A stretch of 63,931 bases of DNA, the filler included, from Octopus bimaculoides (lineage: Eukaryota): NCBI RefSeq assembly GCF_001194135.2. It is 6 parts of 5 records of this genome, joined end to end, with 100 filler letters (N's around TTAATTAATTAA, not from the genome) between each part and the next. Parts side by side here need not be neighbours in the genome. Positions count along the whole stretch, not along the records: positions 62,076 to 63,931 come from NW_026402926.1; 5 more parts are not named here. One strand, given 5' to 3'. Below, one piece after another: positions 62,254 through 63,931 of this stretch; position 1 is the first letter of the stretch; each line of letters opens with the position of its first letter. The notes below the pieces were generated by a model that searched no databases, had not been told where the DNA came from, and worked only from the letters and a program-made list of their open reading frames with translations. A program made the translations under genes and the position numbers.

Positions 62254-62304
62254 TGAATCCAAAGTTCATGGAAAAGGAAGTCCAGACAGAAGCAGAACCA
62301 GTTG
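62254..62304 (+). CDS. Candidate 51-nt symmetric phase-1 coding exon (xNPKFMEKEVQTEAEPV)
   Basis: Acceptor GTATTTATTTCAG, donor G|GTTTGT, open frame in phase with the next exon. Confidence 0.55.
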
Positions 62305-63456
62305 GTTTGTATAAAATAACGACACCTCTTTGGTTTCTATAAATTTTACCATTACCTGATCTTTTTTGCATATCATAATGATTGAGAACAGGTTCCATTC
62401 CTACATTTAAATTGAATGGTTAACTGAAAAGTAATTCTGAATATTGAGCTCTTGTATGGTACCATTGTAAAACGTATAAAAATATTGGGCAAAACCGTAA
62501 CGGTAACCTTGGTGATAAGAATATCTAATAATAATAATANNNNNNNNNNNNNNNNNNNNNNNNNNNNNNNNNNNNNNNNNNNNNNNNNNNNNNNNNNNNN
62601 NNNNNNNNNNNNNNNNNNNNNNNNNNNNNNNNNNNNNNNNNNNNNNNNNNNNNNNNNNNNNNNNNNNNNNNNNNNNNNNNNNNNNNNNNNNNNNNNNNNN
62701 NNNNNNNNNNNNNNNNNNNNNNNNNNNNNNNNNNNNNNNNNNNNNNNNNNNNNNNNNNNNNNNNNNNNNNNNNNNNNNNNNNNNNNNNNNNNNNNNNNNN
62801 NNNNNNNNNNNNNNNNNNNNNNNNNNNNNNNNNNNNNNNNNNNNNNNNNNNNNNNNNNNNNNNNNNNNNNNNNNNNNNNNNNNNNNNNNNNNNNNNNNNN
62901 NNNNNNNNNNNNNNNNNNNNNNNNNNNNNNNNNNNNNNNNNNNNNNNNNNNNNNNNNNNNNNNNNNNNNNNNNNNNNNNNNNNNNNNNNNNNNNNNNNNN
63001 NNNNNNNNNNNNNNNNNNNNNNNNNNNNNNNNNNNNNNNNNNNNNNNNNNNNNNNNNNNNNNNNNNNNNNNNNNNNNNNNNNNNNNNNNNNNNNNNNNNN
63101 NNNNNNNNNNNNNNNNNNNNNNNNNNNNNNNNNNNNNNNNNNNNNNNNNNNNNNNNNNNNNNNNNNNNNNNNNNNNNNNNNNNNNNNNNNNNNNNNNNNN
63201 NNNNNNNNNNNNNNNNNNNNNNNNNNNNNNNNNNNNNNNNNNNNNNNNNNNNNNNNNNNNNNNNNNNNNNNNNNNNNNNNNNNNNNNNNNNNNNNNNNNN
63301 NNNNNNNNNNNNNNNNNNNNNNNNNNNNNNNNNNNNNNNNNNNGTTGGTAAGCAAGCTACTTACCACACAGCCACTCCTACGCCTATTATTATGTTATTA
63401 ATAAACATTAAAAAAAATTTACTGTAAAGTGTAAAAAATGCAGGTATTTATTTCAG

Positions 63457-63528
63457 ATTCTCAAAAACTGGAGGAGAAAGATCTCCTGAAGGTGGCACAT
63501 CGGTTAAATGGTGAATGGTGGAAAGTTG
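63457..63528 (+). CDS. 72-nt symmetric phase-1 exon encoding the start of a death domain (xSQKLEEKDLLKVAHRLNGEWWKVG)
   Basis: Acceptor GTATTTATTTCAG, donor G|GTGAGT; LxxxDLxxVAxxLxxEWxxVG matches death-domain helices 1-2. Confidence 0.72.
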
Positions 63529-63899
63529 GTGAGTCTAAAATAACNNNNNNNNNNNNNNNNNNNNNTACCATCAGCTGAGCTTTTGTTTGTCAGAATGACT
63601 GAGAACAGGTTCCATTCTTAATTTCCATTTGAAATGTTAACTGTGAAGTAATTCTATTAAAGCTATAAATGAAATTCAATAAAATTGAGGTTAGAATGGC
63701 TGATAAAATGGATAAATTAACAAAACATGGACATATGGCGTAGTGGTCAAGAGCGTGGGCTACTAACCTCATGATTCAACTTCTCTTATTTTTGTCATCA
63801 TCCTTAGAAATAGAAAACAATGTCTTATATTTTTCATGTTTCTTAACCATTTCTTTAATTCTCAATAGTTGTAGTTTCTTGGTTATATTTATAACAACC

Positions 63900-63931
63900 G
63901 TGGAGGTGCAATGGCCCAGTGGTTAGGGCAG
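63900..63931 (+). mobile_element. SINE head 2, truncated by the window end
   Basis: GTGGAGGTGCAATGGCCCAGTGGTTAGGGCAG matches the head of the 12682-13065 SINE. Confidence 0.8.

Overview
Repeat-dense, AT-rich (gap-rich) animal scaffold. The SINE/LINE families, microsatellite load and TTAGGG-type repeats look like a coleoid cephalopod, probably an octopus; that is my inference, not verified. No complete host gene is visible. The window holds: a decayed FLYWCH-MULE transposase interrupted by a SINE (9-bp TSD); a large decayed Tx1/L1-clade LINE (~12.3-16.85 kb) followed by an ORF1-only relative; a 5'-truncated RTE LINE with a half-deleted PHD-like finger (55.05-57.8 kb); several smaller LINE fragments; about 25 tRNA-derived SINE copies with shuffled heads, bodies and tails; two related TIR elements carrying telomere-like (CCCTAA)n arrays; and five minimal hammerhead-ribozyme-like motifs of Penelope type, including an inverted pair forming a ~450-nt hairpin. 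The best host-gene evidence is at the right end: two symmetric phase-1 exons (62254-62304, 63457-63528), the second encoding the start of a death domain, embedded in a tandemly duplicated exon-plus-intron unit. I found no clearly novel system. The most promising leads are the hammerhead variants, the telomere-repeat MITEs, the ORF1-only Tx1 derivative and the exon-unit duplication. Most long ORFs in the supplied track are microsatellite or N-gap artefacts.
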